Shown here: positions 1 to 7,217 of the stretch, one piece after another
How positions within the stretch are numbered: the first letter of the stretch is position 1
How the letters are laid out: the number at the start of each line of letters is the position of its first letter
NCBI GenBank assembly: GCA_964352605.1
Contig: CAYGTA010000037.1
Location: 1 to 18,505, forward strand
Source of the DNA: an uncultured bacterium
Lineage (GTDB): Bacteria; Deinococcota; Deinococci; Deinococcales; Trueperaceae
DNA length: 18,505 nt
Direction of reading: 5' to 3'
Translations under genes and position numbers: made by a program
Notes under the pieces: generated by a model
The model's database searches: none
What the model was told of the DNA's origin: nothing
The model's input: the letters and a program-made list of their open reading frames with translations, nothing else

Positions 1-11
1 TTCTAAGTCTA

Positions 12-482
12 ATGTCTTGCTCACAGCAAGCAGCCCCAACAGTAATCTCCGCTGAATTTGAAGAATACTTCATTCCAAAAGAAGGCACCAGCATTCAACT
101 AAATACAGGTGAAAGAATTGTTATTGACGCAGGCTTTTTTGAAAATGATGTCACCATTGCCTTAAGTCAGTTTCAAGCAAAATTAATAGATAGTGAACAA
201 AGCGCAATCGGAAACACATTAAAAATCACTGTCTTCAAGCAAACTTTAACTAACACGCAGAACAAAAGCATTCATATTTACCCAAACTACCCAAACACAA
301 ACAACAAAAATATATATGCAGAGTTAACCCTAGAAGACACCTCAGGTAAACAAGCAAGCTACCAAAAAGACCTAAACTCAACAGAAATAAAAGAAAATGG
401 CATTCAAATACACTCGAGTGATCTGCTGGCTACTGAGCGTGTAAGTAACGCTGTGATCGCAATTCAAGTTATTGCCCAATAA
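12..482 (+). CDS. Hypothetical protein, Asn/Thr/Gln-rich low-complexity middle region, possibly a lipoprotein. The reading frame is open back to the window start, so the true start may lie upstream (5'-partial)
   Basis: 156-aa ORF from the track. No in-frame stop between position 3 and the ATG at 12. The N-terminal ...LSLMSCSQQ looks like a lipobox-like L-x-S-C followed by polar residues. I recognise no known domain. Stop TAA at 480-482 abuts the stop of the convergent moeB gene. Confidence 0.45.
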   Translation: MSCSQQAAPTVISAEFEEYFIPKEGTSIQLNTGERIVIDAGFFENDVTIALSQFQAKLIDSEQSAIGNTLKITVFKQTLTNTQNKSIHIYPNYPNTNNKNIYAELTLEDTSGKQASYQKDLNSTEIKENGIQIHSSDLLATERVSNAVIAIQVIAQ

Positions 483-1298
483 CTAACTTGGCAAAACATT
501 GCAAAACGCATCATAGTCAATGAGTTCTGAAATGCTGGGTGCATCACCACATACTTCACAGTTTGGGTTTCGAGCTAGGTTTACACGTCTGGCATCGTTA
601 TAAAGCGCATCAAAATGCTGTAAAACACCAATTAAAGGTTCACCTAAACCCAAAATGAATTTAACAGCTTCAGCTGCCATCATGCTGCCAATAATGCCGG
701 GTAAAACGCCAAATACGCCTGCTTCAGCGCAACTAGGCACCGTGCCAATTGCGGGTGGAGTTGGGAATAAGCAACGGTAACAGGGCCCTTTAATTTTTTT
801 TAAAGAAGCATTGAAAATAGAAAGTTGACCTTCAAATTGCGAAATGGCACCATAAATGAGGGGTTTAGCCTCTAAAACACAAGCATCATTTACGAGATAG
901 CGAGTCGGGAAATTATCACTACCATCAATCACTAAGTCATAATTAGCAAAAAGCACTCGAGCGTTCTCTGAACTAAGTTTAAGGTCATGCAGATTAATGC
1001 TTACTAAAGGATTTAAGCCTTTAAGCATGTGCTCAGCTGACTTTGTTTTGGCTTGACCAATATGCGCACTCGAGTGAATAATTTGGCGTTGTAAGTTGCT
1101 TAAGTCAACCGTGTCAAAGTCTACAATACCTAGTGTGCCTACACCGGCTGCGGCTAGGTACATTAGAATAGGGGAGCCTAAACCTCCGGCGCCTATGACA
1201 AGCACTTTGGCTTGCATGAGCTTTTCTTGGCCTTGTGCACCAACGCCATCTAAAATTATGTGCCGTGAATAGCGGTCTAGGTGTTCTTTGCTGAACAT
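483..1298 (-). CDS. moeB: HesA/MoeB/ThiF-family E1-like adenylyltransferase, probably the molybdopterin-synthase adenylyltransferase MoeB
   Basis: 271 aa. Rossmann nucleotide-binding motif VLVIGAGGLGSP. RYSRHI…G…GQ N-terminal signature of ThiF/MoeB. Two CxxC pairs (CYRC … CEVCG) typical of the Zn-binding C-terminal region of MoeB/ThiF. Confidence 0.8.
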   Translation of the reverse strand: MFSKEHLDRYSRHIILDGVGAQGQEKLMQAKVLVIGAGGLGSPILMYLAAAGVGTLGIVDFDTVDLSNLQRQIIHSSAHIGQAKTKSAEHMLKGLNPLVSINLHDLKLSSENARVLFANYDLVIDGSDNFPTRYLVNDACVLEAKPLIYGAISQFEGQLSIFNASLKKIKGPCYRCLFPTPPAIGTVPSCAEAGVFGVLPGIIGSMMAAEAVKFILGLGEPLIGVLQHFDALYNDARRVNLARNPNCEVCGDAPSISELIDYDAFCNVLPS

Positions 1299-1356
1299 GC
1301 GTTCTTAGTAAAGCATGACAAGGCTGTTAGGCATGTGATTGGAGGGTTGCTTGTCG

Positions 1357-1614
1357 CTATGATTTTTGATCGTAAGATTTGAAGCGTTGTACATCTTCTG
1401 ATCTTAAGTATTTGTGTTTGGTTTTGCGACTGTTGACGCGTTCACGCCAACGTTTATACGTTTTGCTTGGTTGAACTTTTCGCATGAGCTTTTTAGTTTC
1501 TGCTTCTTTAAGGCCAAATTGTGCTTCTATGGCTTCAAAAGGCGTGCGGTCTTCCCATGCCATCATGATGATACGGTCAATCTCTGCTTGGTTAAACTCA
1601 GGACTATCTTTCAC
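1357..1614 (-). CDS. DUF2805 / TIGR03643-family small protein of unknown function
   Basis: 85 aa with the highly conserved IDRIIMMAWEDRTPFEAIEAQFGL…RKTKH core characteristic of this family. Divergent from prfB. Confidence 0.7.
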   Translation of the reverse strand: MKDSPEFNQAEIDRIIMMAWEDRTPFEAIEAQFGLKEAETKKLMRKVQPSKTYKRWRERVNSRKTKHKYLRSEDVQRFKSYDQKS

Positions 1615-1824
1615 AAGAATAGTTTAGGTAGTGTTGTCCTAGACAAATAGAATGCCTGCTTACCAGCTTGATTGACTAATACGCCTCTAGCACCATCGTT
1701 AGACTCTAAACTTTTATGTACGCTATTTGGAAGCCTCAGAACAGAAACTTATACTTAACTTATTTAAGCGTGTCATAAGACTGAGTGGGTCAGAGCGTCC
1801 TCGCCAAACCTGTCTCGACTACGT

Positions 1825-1859
1825 CAGAATTATAAAGTCTGCCGACATTTATAATTCAG
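1825..1859. promoter_or_regulatory. AT-rich imperfect hairpin/palindrome (GAATTATAAAGTC…GACATTTATAATTC) whose 3' arm contains a consensus TATAAT hexamer at 1850-1855. Candidate prfB promoter/operator
   Basis: 10-bp perfect inverted repeat GAATTATAAA/TTTATAATTC plus GTC/GAC extension with a 1-nt bulge. TATAAT sits about 85 nt upstream of the prfB ATG in the divergent intergenic region. No strong -35 found. Confidence 0.25.
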
Positions 1860-1940
1860 CTTAGTATAAGCTATACTCAAACGCACACAAAAACGTCTTT
1901 AATAAGACTAAATGAAGGTTTAAACGCAAGGAGGCATGAC

Positions 1941-3033
1941 ATGAAAGAACAACAAGAAAGACTCGAAGCCCTCAGGGGGTATCTTTGACGTAACTGTCAA
2001 AGAACAAGAACTCAAAAAACTCGAGCCTAAACTAAATGACCCTAATCTCTGGAGTAATCCAGATGAAGCCAAAAAAGTCAGTCAAGAAGCCACACGCTTA
2101 AGAAAAGTAGTTGAAGGTTTCAAAAGCCTAGAAGATGACATTGAAAGCCTAACTGAGCTTTACGAAATGGCATCTGCAGAAGAAATACTCGAGCTTGATG
2201 AGGAAAAAGCCTTAATTCAAACGCAACTCGATGAGCTTTACCGTGAGACTTTATTTTCAGGTGATCATGATGATAGCGCCGCGATTATTACTATTAAGCC
2301 AGGTGCTGGCGGGACAGAAGCGCAAGATTGGGCGGGCATGCTTTTTCGTATGTATAAGCGCTACTCTGAGCGTAAAGGCTTTAATGTAGAAATTCTTGAT
2401 GCTGTGGGTAGTGACTCGGCTCCGCAAGGTATTGATTATGCTCAGATGATTGTGCGTGGTGAGCGCGCCTTTGGCTTGCTGCATGTTGAGGGGGGTGTGC
2501 ATCGTTTGGTTAGAACGAGTCCGTTTGACTCTAATAACCGTAGGCACACAAGTTTTGCTTCTGTTGAACTTATGCCTGAAATTGATGATGAAATTCAAAT
2601 TGAAGTTGACCCTAAAGATGTTCGGGTGGATGTCTATCGCTCGTCAGGGCCAGGTGGTCAGAGTGTCAATACGACTGACTCAGCGGTGCGCTTAGTGTTT
2701 AAGGGTGGCACGCCCGATGAGATTGTGGTGACTTGCCAAGATGGTAAGTCACAAATCAAAAATCGTGAAAAAGCCATGAAGGTACTTAAAAGTCGCTTGT
2801 GGGAGAGAGAAGAACGTAAGCGTTTAGACGAGCAGCTTCTTGCACGTGGTGAGCAAAAAGCGATTGAGTGGGGCTCACAAATTCGCTCTTACGTTCTAGA
2901 TAAGCAGTACATAAAAGATCACCGTTCCGGTGAAATGCGGCATGACCCAGACAATGTCCTAGATGGAGATATTGAAGACCTCATCTGGACTGGTTTAGAA
3001 TGGGAAGCAAGTGCTCGTACGCAAGCAAACTAA
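1941..3033 (+). CDS. prfB: Peptide chain release factor 2 (RF2), expressed via programmed +1 ribosomal frameshift. Frame 0 is 1941..1985 (MKEQQERLEALRGYL), then +1 from 1987 to 3033
   Basis: RBS AAGGAGG at 1928-1934, ATG at 1941. Frame 0 ends at in-frame TGA 1986-1988 after CTT. Downstream frame (the track ORF 2167..3033 lies in it) encodes DVTVKEQEL…, with the RF2-specific SPF tripeptide (RTSPFDS) and the GGQ motif (SGPGGQSVN). The N-terminal peptide …LRGYL/D is colinear with E. coli RF2. Confidence 0.92.
1974..1989 (+). other. prfB autoregulatory +1 frameshift site: internal Shine-Dalgarno-like AGGGGG, 3-nt spacer, slippery CTT followed by TGA C
   Basis: Sequence AGG GGG TAT CTT TGA C is identical to the canonical E. 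coli prfB recoding site: SD-like element 3 nt upstream of the CUU P-site codon, and the poor stop context UGAC. Confidence 0.9.
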
Positions 3034-3043
3034 AGGAATTCAG

Positions 3044-3069
3044 CTACTGAAGGCTTAAGCCTTCAGTAG
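3044..3069. terminator. Perfect 26-bp palindrome/hairpin (CTACTGAAGGCTTAAGCCTTCAGTAG) 11 nt after the prfB stop. Its 3' flank overlaps the SD (AGGGG) of the next gene. Likely a partial terminator/attenuator or mRNA-stabilising stem
   Basis: 11-bp GC-containing stem with CTTAAG at the centre. Followed by GGGTTTC (only a 3-U tract) and then the ATG at 3077. Confidence 0.45.
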
Positions 3070-3076
3070 GGGTTTC

Positions 3077-3715
3077 ATGCGTATACTCGCCATTGCGGAC
3101 GCAGTAAGCCCAATTATTTACTCAACCAATTTCCCCCAAAATTTACCTGACTTTGATTTACTGCTAAGTGCCGGTGACATGCCTGGTCATGTACTCGAGT
3201 TTTTGGCTACGAAGCTAACGAAGCAGCCTATTTATGTTTTGGGTAACCATGGTAATGGCTATATTTATGACACTGAGACTACTCAGAAGATGTTACCTGG
3301 TGGTTGCATAAATGCTCATAAAAGAGTTTTAGAAATAGAGGGGGTGCTCATTGCGGGTATAGAGGGTAGTGCGCGCTATAAACCGGGTGAGCAGCAGTAC
3401 AGCCAATTTCAAATGTCTCGCATGGTTGATCTTTTAACGCCACAGCTAATGTTGAATAAGTACAGAAAAGGTCGTGCGGTTGATATTTTACTTACCCACG
3501 CAGCCCCATGTGGACCGCATGAGGGTGAAGATTTTCCGCATAGAGGTGTTAAGGCGTTTAACCATTTTCATAAACGTTGGAAACCTAGATTGCATGTTCA
3601 TGGTCATGTGCATCTGAGTGGTGCTAATTCACCTCGTGAGTACACTTCAGAAGAAGGTGTGCGTGTGATTAATGCTTTTGAATTTACCCTTATTGATACG
3701 GAGGATTTTGCTTAA
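3077..3715 (+). CDS. Calcineurin-like metallophosphoesterase family protein (atypical motif I/II)
   Basis: 212 aa. Metallophosphoesterase motifs GD (SAGDMPG), GNH (LGNHGNG), an internal H (LLTHAAP) and GHxH (HVHGHVH). Motif I reads IADAV, lacking the usual DxH histidine. SD AGGGG lies 5 nt upstream of the ATG. Confidence 0.75.
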   Translation: MRILAIADAVSPIIYSTNFPQNLPDFDLLLSAGDMPGHVLEFLATKLTKQPIYVLGNHGNGYIYDTETTQKMLPGGCINAHKRVLEIEGVLIAGIEGSARYKPGEQQYSQFQMSRMVDLLTPQLMLNKYRKGRAVDILLTHAAPCGPHEGEDFPHRGVKAFNHFHKRWKPRLHVHGHVHLSGANSPREYTSEEGVRVINAFEFTLIDTEDFA

Positions 3716-3717
3716 GT

Positions 3718-4953
3718 ATGTCTAAGTTAATTTTAATAATGATTGATGGGGTGAGTGCGGATTACTTTGCAAGCTGCCGAACCCGTTTACCACATTTATC
3801 TCGCTTAGCCAAAGAAGGCTTGGTGGTAGAGAATTTGCGTTCTGATATGCCCGGAACCTCTTTAACAGGACGTACTACCATGATTACTGGTGTAACAGCA
3901 GATGTGCATGGTATTTGGGGCAATATTATTTGGGATGGCAGTCGTTTTCGTTATGCCAACCCAGATGATGTTCGGGTAGAAACCATAGCCAAACAAGCCA
4001 TGGAAAGCGGCTTAGATGTAGCTTGTATGGGCTACGGCATGTTACGAGCTCAAGATGCAAGTGTTTTTCACCACGCATGGTGGGCTAACGAAATGCTGCA
4101 ACGAGCGCGAGATTTAGAACCCATAGAAGCTGATGAAGGTTGGCTAAAAACCTCAAGATTTCAAGATCCCACAGGTAGGTTAAACGCCCTAGCTAAACGA
4201 GGCTACCCTGATAGCATTCCAGATGCTTACGCAAGCGACCGACTGCATTACATAGCTTCAGAATTTACGGGTGACCAAACCATGCTGCAATGGACAGCAG
4301 GACTCGCAAGTTCAGAGTCACCCCCTGACTTTATACTCACGGAAATACTAACACCCGACACGGTGCAGCACTTTGCTGGCTACAAAAGCCACTTTGGTCA
4401 CTGGTCAATAGCCTACGCTGATGCACTGGTTGGCAGCCTAATAGCAGAACTCGAGCTTTCAGATAAATTAAAAGACTATAGTTTTGCCATCATGAGTGAC
4501 CATGGGCATGGGGTCGTAACTAAAGCTATTTACGCAGATATTATATTGCCTGATTACACCTTGTCACCTGAAGGTGCAACCTTGCATGTAGTCGTAGAAA
4601 ACCAAAATCAAGTAAAAGACTTAGTCAAAAAACTCGGGCCTTTTGGGGTTGAGTTGTTTAACTCGAGCCATGTGCCTAGTGAATTTCAAAGTAACATTGC
4701 TACCTTTGTTGCGCCTGAAGGGCATTATTTTTCTTCTGCACCCGAAGGAAGCCTTGAGCCAATAGGTGAGGCCAAAGCTTTATCTATGCATGGCTTTAAA
4801 CCGGGTAATCCAGCCGATGACAGATTTGCGGTTTTTTGGGGTAAAGATATTCCTAAGCGAACAGTAGATTGCGCAGATGCAATTCAGGTCACGCCAACTC
4901 TTGCAAAGATTTTAGGCTTGAATTTGGATTACCCCGCGCAGTCTATTTTTTAA
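3718..4953 (+). CDS. Alkaline-phosphatase-superfamily protein, type I phosphodiesterase / nucleotide pyrophosphatase (NPP, PF01663-like) family
   Basis: 411 aa. N-terminal IMIDGVSADYF metal-ligand motif. PGTSLTGRTTMITG region corresponding to the nucleophile Thr/Ser segment. C-terminal MSDHGHG metal-binding motif. Start ATG lies 2 nt after the upstream stop, so the two genes are translationally coupled. Confidence 0.75.
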   Translation: MSKLILIMIDGVSADYFASCRTRLPHLSRLAKEGLVVENLRSDMPGTSLTGRTTMITGVTADVHGIWGNIIWDGSRFRYANPDDVRVETIAKQAMESGLDVACMGYGMLRAQDASVFHHAWWANEMLQRARDLEPIEADEGWLKTSRFQDPTGRLNALAKRGYPDSIPDAYASDRLHYIASEFTGDQTMLQWTAGLASSESPPDFILTEILTPDTVQHFAGYKSHFGHWSIAYADALVGSLIAELELSDKLKDYSFAIMSDHGHGVVTKAIYADIILPDYTLSPEGATLHVVVENQNQVKDLVKKLGPFGVELFNSSHVPSEFQSNIATFVAPEGHYFSSAPEGSLEPIGEAKALSMHGFKPGNPADDRFAVFWGKDIPKRTVDCADAIQVTPTLAKILGLNLDYPAQSIF

Positions 4954-4988
4954 GTCGGTAAAGCGTTCAAATCAGAAGAACCATTTGC

Positions 4989-5042
4989 CACTACACAAAA
5001 TAAACTAGACACTTTAAAGCACCTAGTTTATTTTGTGTAGTG
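4989..5042. terminator. Long hairpin (20-bp perfect stem, 14-nt loop) between the convergent phosphodiesterase gene and clpX. Candidate bidirectional terminator/RNA-stability element
   Basis: CACTACACAAAATAAACTAG (4989-5008) is the exact reverse complement of CTAGTTTATTTTGTGTAGTG (5023-5042). No U-tract on either side, so classed as a probable rather than certain intrinsic terminator. Confidence 0.4.
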
Positions 5043-5051
5043 ATAAAAGCC

Positions 5052-6248
5052 TTAAGCAGTTTTACGTCTTAAACCCTGATCTAAAATTAACTCATAATCA
5101 TCAAGATTCTTCTCAGTTAAGGTCAACTCAGTAATATCTGAATCAGGCACCTCAAACATAAGCTCGAGTAATACTTTTTCTAATATGGCTTTTAAACCAC
5201 GGGCACCGGTTTTGCGTTCTTGGGCGCGTTTTGCGATTTCTTCTAGTGCTTCAGAAGTGAAATTTAGTTTTATGCCTTCAAGCAAAAAGAGTTCTTGGTA
5301 TTGCTTTAAAAGCGCATTTTTTGGCTTGGTAAGTACATTAATTAATGCTTCTAAGCTTAAATCTTGTAGTCTCACATGAACAGCCAAACGACCAATTAAT
5401 TCAGGAATAAGCCCAAACTTCATAAGATCTTCAGGTGTGACATCCATGTTTTCAATAGTAGGGGCACCCTCTTCATTAGAATGAAAGCCTACTTTGTTGA
5501 TATTGGTTCTGTTAGATATAATGTCGTTAATACCTTCAAAAGCACCCCCGCAAATAAATAAGATGCGGCTCGTATCGACAGGAATAAGTTCCTGATGCGG
5601 ATGCTTACGGCCACCTTGCGGTGGTACATGCGTGACTGTGCCTTCAATCATTTTGAGTAAAGCCTGCTGCACACCTTCACCTGAAACATCTCTAGTAATG
5701 CTTGTGCCTTCAGACTTACGGGCAATCTTATCTACCTCATCAAGATAAATAATGCCGCGTTCAGCCGCATCAACATCATAATTGGCAGTTTGCAAAAGTC
5801 TTAAGATGATATTTTCAACATCATCACCCACATAGCCAGCTTCCGTGAGGGTTGTTGCATCTGCAATTGCAAAAGGTACTTGTAAAATACGCGCTAAGGT
5901 TTGAGCCAGTAAGGTTTTACCGGTACCACTCGAGCCGAGCATAAGGATGTTTGATTTTTCTATTTCACTGTCAGGATGTTGTAGCCTTCTGTAGTGGTTG
6001 TATACGGCTACGGCTAAGGTTTTTTTGGCTATTTCTTGCTCTATAACATATTGATCTAAGTGATTTTTTATTTCTCGTGGGGTTGGTATGCGTGTTGCGT
6101 TAAAACTTCTTGGTTGCGCTGCGTCTAAAACATCTGAAATACGATCAACACAATAATTACAAATATGAGTAAGGCCATTTTCGCTGGCGACAAGCCTGCT
6201 CACTTCAGCATGGGTTCTTCCGCAAAAATTGCAGCGCGGTTGGGGCAT
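5052..6248 (-). CDS. clpX: ATP-dependent Clp protease ATP-binding subunit ClpX
   Basis: 398 aa. N-terminal C4 zinc-binding domain (CNFCGR…CNYCVD). Walker [12 protein letters not shown]-like loop region. Strong colinearity with E. coli ClpX. ATG immediately follows the clpP TAA (TAAATG). Confidence 0.95.
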   Translation of the reverse strand: MPQPRCNFCGRTHAEVSRLVASENGLTHICNYCVDRISDVLDAAQPRSFNATRIPTPREIKNHLDQYVIEQEIAKKTLAVAVYNHYRRLQHPDSEIEKSNILMLGSSGTGKTLLAQTLARILQVPFAIADATTLTEAGYVGDDVENIILRLLQTANYDVDAAERGIIYLDEVDKIARKSEGTSITRDVSGEGVQQALLKMIEGTVTHVPPQGGRKHPHQELIPVDTSRILFICGGAFEGINDIISNRTNINKVGFHSNEEGAPTIENMDVTPEDLMKFGLIPELIGRLAVHVRLQDLSLEALINVLTKPKNALLKQYQELFLLEGIKLNFTSEALEEIAKRAQERKTGARGLKAILEKVLLELMFEVPDSDITELTLTEKNLDDYELILDQGLRRKTA

Positions 6249-6857
6249 TTAGCTGTCCTTGCTTCCAAAGGCTTTGCGAGGTTCTACTACTTCGTCAATA
6301 AGGCCGTATTCTTTTGCTTCTTCGGGTGACATAAAGTTATCTCGTTCCATGTCTTTTCGAACCTCTTCTTTTGTTTTGCCTGTGTGCCTTGTATAAATGC
6401 CTTCCATGGTGTCTCTTAGGTAGGAAAACTCGTTTGCCATGACTTCAAGGTCAGGTAGACTGCTTCTGCCCATACCTGCTGAACCTGCGTGAATCATAAC
6501 GCGGCTATGGGGTAAGGCCGTGCGGTGACCTTTTTCGCCAGCCATAAGAATGATAGAACCAAATGACATTGCCATGCCAACACAGGTTGTGTATATGGGT
6601 GCCTGTACAAATTGCATGGTGTCGTAAATCGCTAAGCCTGAGTAGACTTCGCCACCGGGGCAGTTGATAAAAATGTTTATGGGTTGATCGTGTGACTGTG
6701 AATCTAGGAAAAGAAGTTGCGCTACCATGGTGTTTGCTACATTAGAATCAATAGGTGTTCCTAAGAAAATAATGCGTTCTTTCATTAAGCGACTGTAGAT
6801 GTCGTACATGCGTTCGCCGCGACCGGTTTGTTCAATTACATAAGGAACTAATGACAT
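6249..6857 (-). CDS. clpP: ATP-dependent Clp protease proteolytic subunit ClpP
   Basis: 202 aa. Conserved ClpP core (ERIIFL…, catalytic Ser region GMAMSFGS, His in MIHAGSAG). RBS AAGAGG upstream of the ATG. Confidence 0.95.
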   Translation of the reverse strand: MSLVPYVIEQTGRGERMYDIYSRLMKERIIFLGTPIDSNVANTMVAQLLFLDSQSHDQPINIFINCPGGEVYSGLAIYDTMQFVQAPIYTTCVGMAMSFGSIILMAGEKGHRTALPHSRVMIHAGSAGMGRSSLPDLEVMANEFSYLRDTMEGIYTRHTGKTKEEVRKDMERDNFMSPEEAKEYGLIDEVVEPRKAFGSKDS

Positions 6858-7085
6858 AATTACCTCTTATACCAAAGATTTGTGTGGTGATTGCTAGTAA
6901 AAGCTAACATTTTGCAATCAAGCCTAGGTTTATATGTTTAAGTATGCCTGTGCTCAGCTTAACTATGCTGTTAGCTTGCTCACCAAATGAACAGTATGAT
7001 TGGTTTGACCTGTCATTCTAATTTAAGCTTTGCCTGCTTTGAGCATTTCCACGATTTATCTGCGAAGCAGTAAGTCGTGTGACCC

Positions 7086-7135
7086 TTGAATCGCATGATA
7101 TCGGAACGCATTGAATGGCATGATATCGGAACGCT
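7086..7135. repeat. Tandem direct repeat, 2 x 25 bp (TTGAAT[C/G]GCATGATATCGGAACGC[A/T]), about 230 bp upstream of clpP and just downstream of the tig terminator
   Basis: Units 7086-7110 and 7111-7135 are identical at 23 of 25 positions. Each contains an EcoRV-centred GATATC and a GGAACGC core. Confidence 0.8.
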
Positions 7136-7157
7136 TTGGGTCATTGAAATAAATATC

Positions 7158-7194
7158 CTAAAAAAACCGCTTCCTTGCTAGCAAGGAAGCGGTT
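7158..7194 (-). terminator. Rho-independent terminator of tig
   Basis: On the minus strand, a perfect 14-bp stem (AACCGCTTCCTTGC / GCAAGGAAGCGGTT, centred on GCTAGC) is followed by a run of 7 U (plus-strand A-run 7160-7166), 20 nt after the tig stop. Confidence 0.85.
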
Positions 7195-7217
7195 AAAGTT
7201 AATGAATGCGAATGAAC

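Noticed and set aside
1414-1650. Track ORFs fully embedded antisense or out of frame inside larger, well-supported genes: 1414-1650 (+), 2257-2598 (-), 2450-2695 (+), 5185-5379 (+), 7879-8127 (+), 8920-9108 (+), 10634-10840 (-), 11452-11850 (-), 13903-14247 (+), 16276-16689 (-)
   Set aside because: Each lies within a confidently identified CDS on the other strand or frame and has low-complexity or unrecognisable translations. For example, the Ser/Ala run of 7879-8127 is just the antisense of the acidic tig insert.
1651-1940. Checked long intergenic regions (1651-1940, 6858-7217, 9918-10307, 18218-18505) for tRNA, tmRNA or CRISPR repeats
   Set aside because: No T-loop/GTTCRANYC-type motifs with an appropriately spaced acceptor stem. 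No regularly spaced repeats. Only the hairpins and repeats already reported.
7083-7112. CCCTTGAA (sigma-32 -35-like) at 7083-7090 next to the clpP-upstream repeats
   Set aside because: It is on the plus strand, pointing away from clpP and into the tig terminator. No acceptable CCCCATnT -10 follows at 13-17 bp. I found no sigma-32-like promoter in the correct orientation for clpP either.
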